DNA of 64,000 nucleotides from an uncultured Bacillales bacterium (GTDB taxonomy: Bacteria; Bacillota_I; Bacilli_A; RF39; UBA660), in the NCBI GenBank assembly GCA_946539445.1, contig CAMNHK010000002.1, positions 41,744 through 105,743 on the forward strand. Direction: 5' to 3'. The notes beneath the pieces were generated by a model. The model saw only the letters and a list, made by a program, of their open reading frames with translations. It was not told the DNA's origin and made no database searches. How positions within the stretch are numbered: the stretch's first letter is position 1; the number at the start of each line of letters is the position of its first letter. Below, piece after piece: positions 26,441-35,518 of this stretch. A program made the translations under genes and the position numbers.

Positions 26441-27979
26441 CTATTTTTCTTCTTGGTAACTTTGATCCACATTAACATTCCATAAAGCCTCTAAATCATG
26501 AGAATTTTTATGAATTAAATCCGCACAAATCATCCCACTTAAAATGGAATGATCCATATTATTATAGGAATGAGTACCATTCCGCCCAATACAATATAAA
26601 TTATCAATCGTATCAATATAATTTCGCACAACATCAATATCTTTATAACTATCAAAGTAAGCCGGATAAGCCTTTTTTTCTTTAATAACGCAACTATCTA
26701 AAATAGTTCCATCATAAAATCCAATTTTCTTTAATTCTCTTTTGGCAATTTTCTTTAAATCCTCATCTGATTTTTTCCAAAAAGAATCTCCTTCTAAACA
26801 AAAATATTCCATACCAATCCACATCGTATGAATTGGATCCTCTACCATATAAGGAGACCAATTATTAAAAACTTGAACTCTTCCCACTTTAACGGAAGTA
26901 TCTTGAATATAAAGCCAATTATCAGGAATATTACCATGAATCGTCGCAACAGAAGAATTTTTTTCCAAATCTAGGTTAGGAACCAATACTCCTACAGTAA
27001 CAAAATCACGGTATGGCAAATGATTACTAACGTCTAAAACATTTTTAGGAACTGAATTCATCTCTTCTAATAAATCTTTCATCGGCATAGAAGAGACAAA
27101 CTGATCACAAGGCAAAACCTCTCTTTTACCCTCTTTTTCATAGGTGACATTCACAATCCTTTGATTTTTTTTATGAATTTTAACGACTCTACTATTTCGA
27201 TAAATCTCTCCCCCCATTTTTTCAATTTTATGGGCAAGTAATTCATAAAACTCACCAGGTCCTAATTTTGGATAATAAAAGTAATCCGTTAAACTAACTT
27301 CCTTTTTTGTATCTTTAATATGGAATAGTCTTTTAAAATAATCACTCAAAACTTTAGAAATGGATATTCCTTTTACTCTTTGACTTCCCCAACTAGAATC
27401 AATCTCTTTGGGACTTCTACCCCACAATTTTGTAGTATATCCTTTAAAAAACATTTCATATAATTCATTTCCAAAACGATTAATATAAAAGTTTTCTAGA
27501 TTAGACTCTTCCTTTTTCCATAAACTTGCTTTTAAATAGCTAAGTCCACATCGAAAAGTGGTTAATAACCCCATATTTCGTATTGTCTTCATCGTTAAAT
27601 TAACCGGATAGTCAAAAAACTTTTGATGATAATAAATACGCGAAATACGATTTCGGATAAGCATAGCATCTTCTTTTTCAGGATCTCTCTTACCATCATG
27701 ATAATCTCGATGAATTCCTAATAATTTTTCATCCAAGGCCGGTTTCCCCTGCATAGGTAAAATGTCTTTCCAAAAGTTTAAAACAGTCTCATTTTTTGTA
27801 AAAAAGCGATGCCCACCAATATCCATATGATTTCCATGATATTCTTCCGTTCTACTAATTCCTCCGACAATTGACTTCTCCTCTAAAATCGTGACATGGC
27901 AATCCTTATGTCCTTTTAATAAATAATAAGCACAAGTCAATCCCGCAGGGCCAGCTCCAGCAATAACGATATTCTTCAC
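26441..27979 (-). CDS. FAD-dependent oxidoreductase with UDP-galactopyranose-mutase-like motifs
   Basis: N-terminal I-V-I-A-G-A-G-P-A-G-L dinucleotide fold, D-I-G-G-H-R-F-F and M-F-F-K-G-Y-T-T-K-L-W-G-R-S-P-K-E-I. The last resembles the F-F-K-G-Y-T-x-K-Q-W-G segment of Glf (recalled, not aligned). The preferred GTG start at 27979 follows GAAGGTGG; the track start at 28015 is TTG. Confidence 0.7.
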   Translation of the reverse strand: MKNIVIAGAGPAGLTCAYYLLKGHKDCHVTILEEKSIVGGISRTEEYHGNHMDIGGHRFFTKNETVLNFWKDILPMQGKPALDEKLLGIHRDYHDGKRDPEKEDAMLIRNRISRIYYHQKFFDYPVNLTMKTIRNMGLLTTFRCGLSYLKASLWKKEESNLENFYINRFGNELYEMFFKGYTTKLWGRSPKEIDSSWGSQRVKGISISKVLSDYFKRLFHIKDTKKEVSLTDYFYYPKLGPGEFYELLAHKIEKMGGEIYRNSRVVKIHKKNQRIVNVTYEKEGKREVLPCDQFVSSMPMKDLLEEMNSVPKNVLDVSNHLPYRDFVTVGVLVPNLDLEKNSSVATIHGNIPDNWLYIQDTSVKVGRVQVFNNWSPYMVEDPIHTMWIGMEYFCLEGDSFWKKSDEDLKKIAKRELKKIGFYDGTILDSCVIKEKKAYPAYFDSYKDIDVVRNYIDTIDNLYCIGRNGTHSYNNMDHSILSGMICADLIHKNSHDLEALWNVNVDQSYQEEK

Positions 27980-28035
27980 AAAACCACCTTCTAAAGAAAG
28001 TATATCATATAACAAAAAAGAATTCTAAAAAACTC

Positions 28036-29469
28036 TTAGAATTCTTTCTTTTCTCCTATTTTATAGATTCGATAGTCTTCGAAAGAATAAGACTTCAAGG
28101 AAGAAGAATAAACCAGATCCAATTGATAATTTTGATCCAAATAATCAACGATTAGATTATCTTCCCAATTGTAATTCGTATAAACATAGTAGACCAAATC
28201 ATGAGAATCCACAAACTCCCCAATTTCCCTCATAACAGGCATATCATCTCGTTTTGCTTTCCAAACAATATAAGTAAAAAACTCTTTAGAATTTGGATGA
28301 TAAAATCGATTAGATGTATAAGGAATTAAAGAAGAACACATATGATCACAGTTACAAAGGATAATGGCATGATCCTCCACCTCTTTCTGGATGTATTTAG
28401 CCGTCTCAATCCCATTGGAATAAGGATATAAATAATCAAAAGAATAAGCTTTATAAACCGTAAAGCAAGAACAAATGGATAAAATAGATAAACCAATAAG
28501 GAAAGGTTTTGTAATGTCACTGGATAATAAGAATACACAAAATAAAAAGAGACTATACACCAAAGCGGATGAATAAATAGAAGCTCCTCCCAAAACAAAA
28601 TCGAGTAAAAATGCCATAAAAAAGGAAGAACACAAAAACAGCCAAAATACAAAACGATTGCTACGAAACATCCAAAATAATACAAAGACAAGAATACCAA
28701 ACGTTACAAATACAGAAAGAAAAGAATAATTGCACGTCTGCCCTGCTAAGAAAGAAAAGAAAAAGATAACGAAATTCGATAGTGAAAATTCCGTATTCAT
28801 TCTTAATCCATCATTTGGTACTAAAACAGGATAAAATTGGCCATAAAATAGAATTCCAAAGAATCCTAAAACAGCTAGTGCTTGATACATCTTCTTCCGA
28901 ACAGAGGAATCATTCTTTGAAAAATATATTTCATAAAAATAAAAACCAAAAACATGAAATCCTACAAAGCCAAACATTAATAAATGAGTATTTAATAAGA
29001 GTCCTAAAATAACCGCTAATAAAATTGGTTTTTCCTTGCGATAAGGAAATATCCAAACATAAAGTGTAAGCAAGAAAAAGATAAGGGAATAACTTCTACC
29101 AACAACACTAAATTCATAGAGAACTGGATAAGAAAACAAAATACAAAACTTAATCCAATCCCTTCCAGGAATTTTAAAAAGCAATAAGTACATAGAAAGA
29201 ATCATAAAAAAAGCCGAAAAAATATTTACAATAGAAGGTCCTACTCCTAATTTAACAAAGGGATATAACAAAAGATAATAAAAAATAGGATGTCCTTCAT
29301 AATGAGCATTTTGAAATATTTGCCATAAATTCATATCTCGACACAACAAATAAGATTGTGCCTCATCTCTCCAGTTTTCATGATGAAAAAACATAAAAAG
29401 GATACCCACACAATATAAAGCAAATAATCCAATTGTAAGCCATTTTCTTTTATTGAAACTCATAAACAT
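28036..29469 (-). CDS. Polytopic GT-C-like membrane protein (divergent member of the array)
   Basis: ~477 aa with ~11 hydrophobic helices. W-R-D-E-A-Q-S-Y follows helix 1 (a DE-type first-loop motif as in ArnT/PMT-type GT-C enzymes). Soluble C-terminal domain ends E-D-Y-R-I-Y-K-I. The start overlaps the upstream gene. Confidence 0.6.
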   Translation of the reverse strand: MFMSFNKRKWLTIGLFALYCVGILFMFFHHENWRDEAQSYLLCRDMNLWQIFQNAHYEGHPIFYYLLLYPFVKLGVGPSIVNIFSAFFMILSMYLLLFKIPGRDWIKFCILFSYPVLYEFSVVGRSYSLIFFLLTLYVWIFPYRKEKPILLAVILGLLLNTHLLMFGFVGFHVFGFYFYEIYFSKNDSSVRKKMYQALAVLGFFGILFYGQFYPVLVPNDGLRMNTEFSLSNFVIFFFSFLAGQTCNYSFLSVFVTFGILVFVLFWMFRSNRFVFWLFLCSSFFMAFLLDFVLGGASIYSSALVYSLFLFCVFLLSSDITKPFLIGLSILSICSCFTVYKAYSFDYLYPYSNGIETAKYIQKEVEDHAIILCNCDHMCSSLIPYTSNRFYHPNSKEFFTYIVWKAKRDDMPVMREIGEFVDSHDLVYYVYTNYNWEDNLIVDYLDQNYQLDLVYSSSLKSYSFEDYRIYKIGEKKEF

Positions 29470-30766
29470 CAAATTCCCCTATTGAATCAATTTTTACCGC
29501 ATTTTGAATAATAGTATTATATCCCTTTTTATCAATTTGAGAAAGAGTGATATCGTGAGGAAGTAAATATAGTTTTTCTGGATGATTTTGAATTTCCAAC
29601 AATAAAGTTTCACTACCATGATATCCATGATTTCCATAATTAACGATATCCAAAGAATCAAGTTTCTGATCCATCGCAATCTTATAAAAATAATTGTGAT
29701 CGGAAAAAACAACAAAATCACGACCATCTAAATAAGTAAGAATCTCTTTGGCATATGTCTTTTCTGCCGTTGAAAAATAGCGAAATTCAAAATGCAAAAA
29801 AGGATTCGTAAAATGAAAATCAGAAACAACATCCCTTCCCTCGATTCCAACAATTCCAAGGAAAAGAACGGTAATTAAAAAGACTCCTTGCTTCTTCCCT
29901 AGAAAAGAAAAAGAAAAACGTTCCATAAGGCAAAAAGCAAATAATAAGAAAACAAGCATTAAATGTAAAAAATCTATAATCGGAATTGCGAGAGAAAAAC
30001 CACATAAGTAATAAAAATAAGGGATTTTTTGAATCGACTTTTTCATAAAAACAACACTAAGAATAATCATCAATAACAGTAAACCAAAAGACCATAGAGA
30101 AAAAGACGTATTATGATCCCCAAAATCCAATAATCCTAAGAAACAATAATTGAAGTATTCAAATAAAGAATGGGTAATCAAAAAATAAAAAAGGAAAAGC
30201 AAACTAACACTAACAAATCCATAAACTCGCTTTTTCCAATTACAGTTTTTCAAAAAGAAAAGAGTTGGAAGGCATAGCAAAAATCCCGTACTTTGTTTGG
30301 TAAAAAAGCAACAGGCAATCACAATACCAATCAACCAATCTTTATAAGAAAAAGAACTCTTTTCTAAAAAAACAAGAAACAAAATACACATAACAACAAA
30401 TAAATTATAAGAAGGAGAAATAAGAGCCGGAAACATCACGCAAAGAAGAAGTCCTAAAAACATTTTATTGGAATACATCTCTTCCATCAAAGCAAAAAAA
30501 CAAGTTAATAAAACAACATGAAACAATAAATAGGAAAACAAAGAATTAGAAACAAGTAATGGTATCGTCATTAGAAAAGGATAAAAAGGTCCAACTACTA
30601 AATTAAAATCTCGATATAAAACTTCTCCTTTTCGAATCGCATAACTAAATCCATAATTCCATAACTCATTGGAAGTCAAAGGAGAAAGATACAAGCAATA
30701 AAACAAAAGAAAAAAACTAAGAATGATATAACGAATTATATTTTTATTCTTTGTAAAAAACATCAT
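29450..30766 (-). CDS. Polytopic GT-C-like membrane protein, paralogue 1 of 4
   Basis: 438 aa with WNYGFSYAIRKGEVLYRDFNLVVGPFYPF after helix 1, T-K-Q-S-T-G mid-membrane, and C-terminal NYGNHGYHG...FDVYEFQ. RBS GGAGGGAG. Confidence 0.6.
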   Translation of the reverse strand: MMFFTKNKNIIRYIILSFFLLFYCLYLSPLTSNELWNYGFSYAIRKGEVLYRDFNLVVGPFYPFLMTIPLLVSNSLFSYLLFHVVLLTCFFALMEEMYSNKMFLGLLLCVMFPALISPSYNLFVVMCILFLVFLEKSSFSYKDWLIGIVIACCFFTKQSTGFLLCLPTLFFLKNCNWKKRVYGFVSVSLLFLFYFLITHSLFEYFNYCFLGLLDFGDHNTSFSLWSFGLLLLMIILSVVFMKKSIQKIPYFYYLCGFSLAIPIIDFLHLMLVFLLFAFCLMERFSFSFLGKKQGVFLITVLFLGIVGIEGRDVVSDFHFTNPFLHFEFRYFSTAEKTYAKEILTYLDGRDFVVFSDHNYFYKIAMDQKLDSLDIVNYGNHGYHGSETLLLEIQNHPEKLYLLPHDITLSQIDKKGYNTIIQNAVKIDSIGEFDVYEFQ

Positions 30767-32066
30767 AATATTCTCCCTCCTCTATTTTTGGATAATGCTG
30801 ATAAAAATAATCAACAATCGTATAATCCATTTGTGAAATATAATCTCGATTATAATAAGTGCTTTTCGTCACAATATAATACGTATCATGAGATTCCTGA
30901 ATCATAGAAAGAATTCGATTCGTTCCCTCTTTTCCATAATTTCCAGTAAGTAACATATCAAAATAAGTAATAGGGCGATTTAAAACCATATCATATTTCG
31001 TACTAAAAAAATCAATCATATAAGAATTCGGATATTTCTGATAAACATCCAAGACATTCCAAAATTCCTTTCGATAAGAAGAAGGAACTAGTTGAATCGC
31101 GAATGGTTTTTTCCCTAAAAAATTACAATCTTTATAATAAGAAATATTTAAATAATAATACATCCCTAAACTTCCCAAAAAGATAAGAATTCCAAGAAGT
31201 GTATAAGGAATCGGAAAAGAGAAAATCTTATCTCCCAAACAAAATAAGAAAAAAACAAACAAATAGACAAAATGAGAAATATCCATGATGGGAATCACAA
31301 AGCAAAAAGCTCCCAACAAATAAAAGGCTTCCATCTTTTTCTCTTTGAATAACCAAAAAAGAGTAAAGAAGAAAAAGACAATGCTAAGAAACGTAATAGA
31401 AGAAAAAGACAAATGATTTTGATTTGAAAATTGAAATAAACCCATAAAGCATAAATCGAAAAAGGAAGAAAGACTATGAGTACATAATAAATAAAGAAAA
31501 AAAGCGCCACAAGGAATCATCGCAAAAACTCCTCTTAAAACTCCCCTCTTCCATTGAAAAGTAGAAATCATAGATAAAAACAATATAGGAATACCAATCG
31601 TATGCTTAGTCAAAATAAGAATTCCTAAAAGAATACCAATAAGACGATCATCGACCCATTCCTTTTCCGCCACAACAATCCATACAAGAAGAAGAAAAGC
31701 CATAAAATTATAAGAAGGAATAAAAAGTTGAAATAAAAAAACACAAGAGATTCCTAAATAAAAAACCGTTCTCTTCGCTTGCCACTTATAAAGAAGATAA
31801 AAAAGAAAAGTAAAAAGGCCTGCATTAACACATAAATAAACAAAATAAGAATCATAAACAGCTAAAAACAAAGCATGAAAAAAAGGATAAAAAGGCGTCG
31901 TAATAATATTAAAATCCAAATATGGCACTTCACCTAATACAATTGCATGAGCCATTCCATATTCCCAAGTAGCATCAAACAACATACTTGGAGAAAGAAA
32001 AAGGAAAAGAAAAAAAACAACAAAAAAACAAATTAGATAAGCATAATTTCGACGAAGAAATTCCAT
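30744..32066 (-). CDS. Polytopic GT-C-like membrane protein, paralogue 2 of 4
   Basis: 440 aa with WEYGMAHAIVLGEVPYLDFNIITTPFYPF, LTKHTIGIPILFLSMISTFQWK, GNYGKEG and an ending of YDVFYKE. Confidence 0.6.
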   Translation of the reverse strand: MEFLRRNYAYLICFFVVFFLFLFLSPSMLFDATWEYGMAHAIVLGEVPYLDFNIITTPFYPFFHALFLAVYDSYFVYLCVNAGLFTFLFYLLYKWQAKRTVFYLGISCVFLFQLFIPSYNFMAFLLLVWIVVAEKEWVDDRLIGILLGILILTKHTIGIPILFLSMISTFQWKRGVLRGVFAMIPCGAFFLYLLCTHSLSSFFDLCFMGLFQFSNQNHLSFSSITFLSIVFFFFTLFWLFKEKKMEAFYLLGAFCFVIPIMDISHFVYLFVFFLFCLGDKIFSFPIPYTLLGILIFLGSLGMYYYLNISYYKDCNFLGKKPFAIQLVPSSYRKEFWNVLDVYQKYPNSYMIDFFSTKYDMVLNRPITYFDMLLTGNYGKEGTNRILSMIQESHDTYYIVTKSTYYNRDYISQMDYTIVDYFYQHYPKIEEGEYYDVFYKE

Positions 32067-32075
32067 AATATCACC

Positions 32076-33404
32076 TTATTCTTTATAGTAAACATCATAG
32101 TTTAAAATAGAATCTATTTTTTTAGAATGTTCCACAATATATCGTAAAACATCCAAATCAAATTGCCCCTCATCGATTCCATTTTCATATAAACCACTAC
32201 GAATGAAAAAAGTAGTATCGTGAAGCATATCCACCCTATTTATCATTTTTTCAGTCCCATGATATCCATAATTACCTTTCAATAAAACATCAAAATAAGA
32301 AATAGGACGATTACTCATCAAATCAAACATAATAGCATCCGAATCAATCATATAAACCGAATCATAAGAAGAATAAGCTTGATATAGACTTTGTATCTCC
32401 TGCTGACGTTTCTCTTCTACGACCATATAACGAAAATGAGGCTTCTTCAAAAAAGTAAGATTTTGAAAACTCATAGGCATCAAAAGATAGTAAACAATCA
32501 AAAAAACACTCAAAAAAACATAGCTCATTCTTCGAACATATAACTCTGGTAAAGAAAGATGATCCAAATAAAATACAAGTAATAAAGCGGCTAATAATCC
32601 AACATGATAATAATCAAAAATAGGAATACAAAAAGAAAAAGCAGCAAATGCATAATAAGATTCCTTTCTTCGAATATTCCTAATAAAGGAAATAAGAACC
32701 AAAAGAAAGAAAAAGGCCGTAAGAAACATAAAACCATTTAAAGAAGAATGATTCTTCTCTCCAAAATCCAATAATCCCATAATACATAAATCCCAAAAAG
32801 AAGAAAAACTATTTTCAAGAACTAAAATAAGAAGAAAGACTAAACAAGGAAGAGTCGCTCCTAAAAACCGTTTCCAAATCTTTTTCCATTGAAACGTACT
32901 AAGAAGAGATAAGAATAATACCGGTAAACCAATCGTATGTTTCGTCAAAATAAGAATCCCTAAAACAAAGCCAATCCAATAATCTCCTTTTTCCTTTTTC
33001 TCCATCCAATATAAAACAACAAGTAAAAAGAAAGCAAAAAAATTATAGGTAGGATTAAAGGGTAAAAAAAATGGCAAAACAAGAACAGGTAAAAGAAGCC
33101 ACCCTTTTTCTCCATGCAATTGAAAAATAAAATAAAACATCAAAACAACTAAAATAGTTTGCTCCAAAAAGAACATAGAAATATCATCATAAAGAAATAA
33201 ACCAATACTCATAAGATAAGAGTAAAAAGGAGTACTAACCGTATTAAAATCAACATAAGGAATCTCTCCCATACGGATTGCATGACTAAATCCATAATTC
33301 CATAAAACATCATAACTGCAATTTTGATGAAAAAAAACAATATAAAAGAACAGGAACAAAAAAAACAATATAAAATATTTACCATTATGACGAATAAAAT
33401 CCAT
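32076..33404 (-). CDS. Polytopic GT-C-like membrane protein, paralogue 3 of 4
   Basis: 442 aa with WNYGFSHAIRMGEIPYVDFNTVSTPFYSY, LTKHTIGLPVLFLSLLSTFQWK, GNYGYHG and an ending of YDVYYKE. Confidence 0.6.
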   Translation of the reverse strand: MDFIRHNGKYFILFFLFLFFYIVFFHQNCSYDVLWNYGFSHAIRMGEIPYVDFNTVSTPFYSYLMSIGLFLYDDISMFFLEQTILVVLMFYFIFQLHGEKGWLLLPVLVLPFFLPFNPTYNFFAFFLLVVLYWMEKKEKGDYWIGFVLGILILTKHTIGLPVLFLSLLSTFQWKKIWKRFLGATLPCLVFLLILVLENSFSSFWDLCIMGLLDFGEKNHSSLNGFMFLTAFFFLLVLISFIRNIRRKESYYAFAAFSFCIPIFDYYHVGLLAALLLVFYLDHLSLPELYVRRMSYVFLSVFLIVYYLLMPMSFQNLTFLKKPHFRYMVVEEKRQQEIQSLYQAYSSYDSVYMIDSDAIMFDLMSNRPISYFDVLLKGNYGYHGTEKMINRVDMLHDTTFFIRSGLYENGIDEGQFDLDVLRYIVEHSKKIDSILNYDVYYKE

Positions 33405-33409
33405 TTTCT

Positions 33410-34756
33410 CTACTCCTTATAATAAATATCATAAACCCCTATTCTCTTTACTTTTTTACTATGTTCTACCACATATTCTCCTAACTCCACGATATATTGT
33501 TGATTTACATCTTGTTTTTCCAATAAAGTATAATCCAAAACGAAATAACAATCATGTTGTTGATTAATCCTAGTAAGCATTTTATCAATTCCATTATAAC
33601 CATAATTACCATAGTTTGGTAAATCAAAATAAGACAATCGATTGGAATGAATGATTTGAAAAAAATAATTTTCAGATCCTCGCATAAAATAATGAACATT
33701 CGAAGGAAGAGAATCAACATACTCCAAAAAATCCTTCGTTTGTTTTTGATAACTTTCTCGATTAATCACCCAAGAAAAATGAGAATAATTAGAAATAGTT
33801 GGATGGTCTAAATACTGAAAAGAAACAATCCCCCACAAAAAACAAATCAAAAGAAAAACAGGAGTCAAAACCCAATACCCTTTTTTAGAAAAGGAAATGG
33901 AATCTAAAAAAAGATAAAGAGGAAGAATGAAAAACAAACAAACATGATAATAATCAATAATAGGAAATACAACACTACTAAATAATAAGACATAATACAA
34001 AGAAATATCTTTTGGATTCTTAATAATTCGAAATAGCAAATAAAGAATTCCTATTAAGAATAAAAGAAAATAAAACCAATCAACTTGCTGATTGCTTTTT
34101 TGAAAATCAAATAGTCCTAAAAAGCATAAATCTATAAAGGAAGAAAAATTTCCCAGAAAAGCAAATAAAAGAAGCATAATAGCAATCGGAATACAATATC
34201 CTAACAGCATCTTAAAAAACGTCTTTGGTTGTTTCACTATATACCAAAAACTAGGTATAAACAATACAATCCCAATCGTTTGCTTCGTACAAAAAATAAG
34301 TCCTAATAAGAATCCCAACAAAAGAGGATTCTGATTCTTTTCCAAGCCTAAATAAAAAAGGAAAAATAAAAATACGAGTAAAAAATTATATCCTGGAAAA
34401 ATAGTCGATACCATAGCAATAGGATATGGAAGTAATAAAAGAAAAAAGAATAAATAAACCTTATGCTGCAGTTTCTTTTTCAATAAGAAAAATAATATGG
34501 TTAATAAACAAGCTTGTTCCAAATAAAACATAATAATATTATTAAAAAGAAATAAACCAATAGAATATAAAAAAGGAGCCAAAGGAGTAATTACCATATT
34601 AAAGTCTAGATAAGGAATCTCCCCCATTCGAATGGCATAACTAAATCCATAATTTACAAAAGTATCTCCACGAGATAGTGTAAAAAGAAAAACTAAAGAG
34701 AAGAAAAAACACAAAAAAACAAAGACAACTGGTATAGTTTTCCGAATCCATTGCAT
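33410..34756 (-). CDS. Polytopic GT-C-like membrane protein, paralogue 4 of 4
   Basis: VNYGFSYAIRMGEIPYLDFNMVITPLAPF, C-T-K-Q-T-I-G, NYGNYGYNG and an ending of YDIYYKE. The preferred ATG at 34756 (MQWIRK...) follows GGAGGGGA; the track start at 34786 has no RBS. Confidence 0.6.
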   Translation of the reverse strand: MQWIRKTIPVVFVFLCFFFSLVFLFTLSRGDTFVNYGFSYAIRMGEIPYLDFNMVITPLAPFLYSIGLFLFNNIIMFYLEQACLLTILFFLLKKKLQHKVYLFFFLLLLPYPIAMVSTIFPGYNFLLVFLFFLFYLGLEKNQNPLLLGFLLGLIFCTKQTIGIVLFIPSFWYIVKQPKTFFKMLLGYCIPIAIMLLLFAFLGNFSSFIDLCFLGLFDFQKSNQQVDWFYFLLFLIGILYLLFRIIKNPKDISLYYVLLFSSVVFPIIDYYHVCLFFILPLYLFLDSISFSKKGYWVLTPVFLLICFLWGIVSFQYLDHPTISNYSHFSWVINRESYQKQTKDFLEYVDSLPSNVHYFMRGSENYFFQIIHSNRLSYFDLPNYGNYGYNGIDKMLTRINQQHDCYFVLDYTLLEKQDVNQQYIVELGEYVVEHSKKVKRIGVYDIYYKE

Positions 34757-34826
34757 AAAATCCCCTCCATTTTTCACTTCTATCATACCATATTTTAATC
34801 GAAAAAAAAAAGAAAGTTATACTCAA

Positions 34827-35516
34827 CTATTCTTTTATTTGAAAATGATTTCCGTTATCCAAATACAAAATTCCTTTATGATTTTCCACTTGAGTTAAAA
34901 CCTCATTATAATGATTGATAAGTTTAAACTTCGTTAAAGTAACAAAAACCATATTTCCATCATCCATATATAATAAGAAACGATCTTTATCATAATCATT
35001 GGGTTTATACTCAATATCACTAATTTTTGATAAAACATTTGCTTCTACTCCATCCATACATTCTACAAACTTAGAATATTTGGTATCAGGAACATAATTC
35101 AACAATCTTGGAACAAGAAATTCTTGACTGATAGAATCTTCTAAAACGGAAGTTTTATCTTGAAATACATATTTATTTTGATTCAAATCAAAAAACAATG
35201 GTTTTTCTTCTTGAATCTCCAATTCAAATAAAAATTTGTATTTTTTTCGTAATTTTGCTTTCTGTATATAAGGAGACGTTTCTAATTTCTTTTGTACTTT
35301 ATAAGAATTTGTAAAGAAGAAATTCGGATAATCTTTGATACCTCCTAGTTCTAAAATCATATCATCCTTTAAATAAGAAGTATTCAAAATAACAATATTT
35401 TGAACAGGAGTTTGTAAAAAGAAATACAAGCCAAAAAATAGTGCTAATAACAATACTAGTACTAAAAGAAAATTACCAATCTTAATTCTTTTCTTTTCCA
35501 CTATTTTTTTTCCCAT
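34827..35516 (-). CDS. divIB: Cell division protein DivIB/FtsQ
   Basis: 229 aa. Basic N-terminus, one TM helix, a POTRA-like segment (VQNIVILNTSYLKDDMILELGGI...) and position after murB. Confidence 0.8.
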   Translation of the reverse strand: MGKKIVEKKRIKIGNFLLVLVLLLALFFGLYFFLQTPVQNIVILNTSYLKDDMILELGGIKDYPNFFFTNSYKVQKKLETSPYIQKAKLRKKYKFLFELEIQEEKPLFFDLNQNKYVFQDKTSVLEDSISQEFLVPRLLNYVPDTKYSKFVECMDGVEANVLSKISDIEYKPNDYDKDRFLLYMDDGNMVFVTLTKFKLINHYNEVLTQVENHKGILYLDNGNHFQIKE

Positions 35517-35518
35517 TT

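Noticed and set aside
28326-28700. 124-aa ORF in a second frame of the same strand within the GT-C array, and similar alternative-frame and antisense ORFs in the track (e.g. 29494-29727, 31295-31510, 33505-33720, 8500-8739, 15491-15733, 24033-24215, 45225-45569, 57526-57906, 61051-61314)
   Set aside because: All lie entirely within longer ORFs that have clear family motifs or membrane-protein character. Their sequences are repetitive F/L/I/K/S-rich translations typical of alternative frames of AT-rich coding DNA.
31990-33370. A8/T8 homopolymer tracts near the 5' ends of the GT-C paralogues as slipped-strand phase-variation switches
   Set aside because: The tracts (e.g. 33330-33337, 33358-33365) arise from consecutive Phe codons (TTT) in transmembrane helices of an AT-rich genome. 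Lengths are at or below 8, all copies are in frame, and similar runs occur throughout the window.
34757-34826. T-rich stretch between divIB and the first GT-C gene as a terminator
   Set aside because: There is a T10 run but no preceding GC-containing hairpin. I therefore treat divIB and the array as probably co-transcribed. This needs experimental confirmation.
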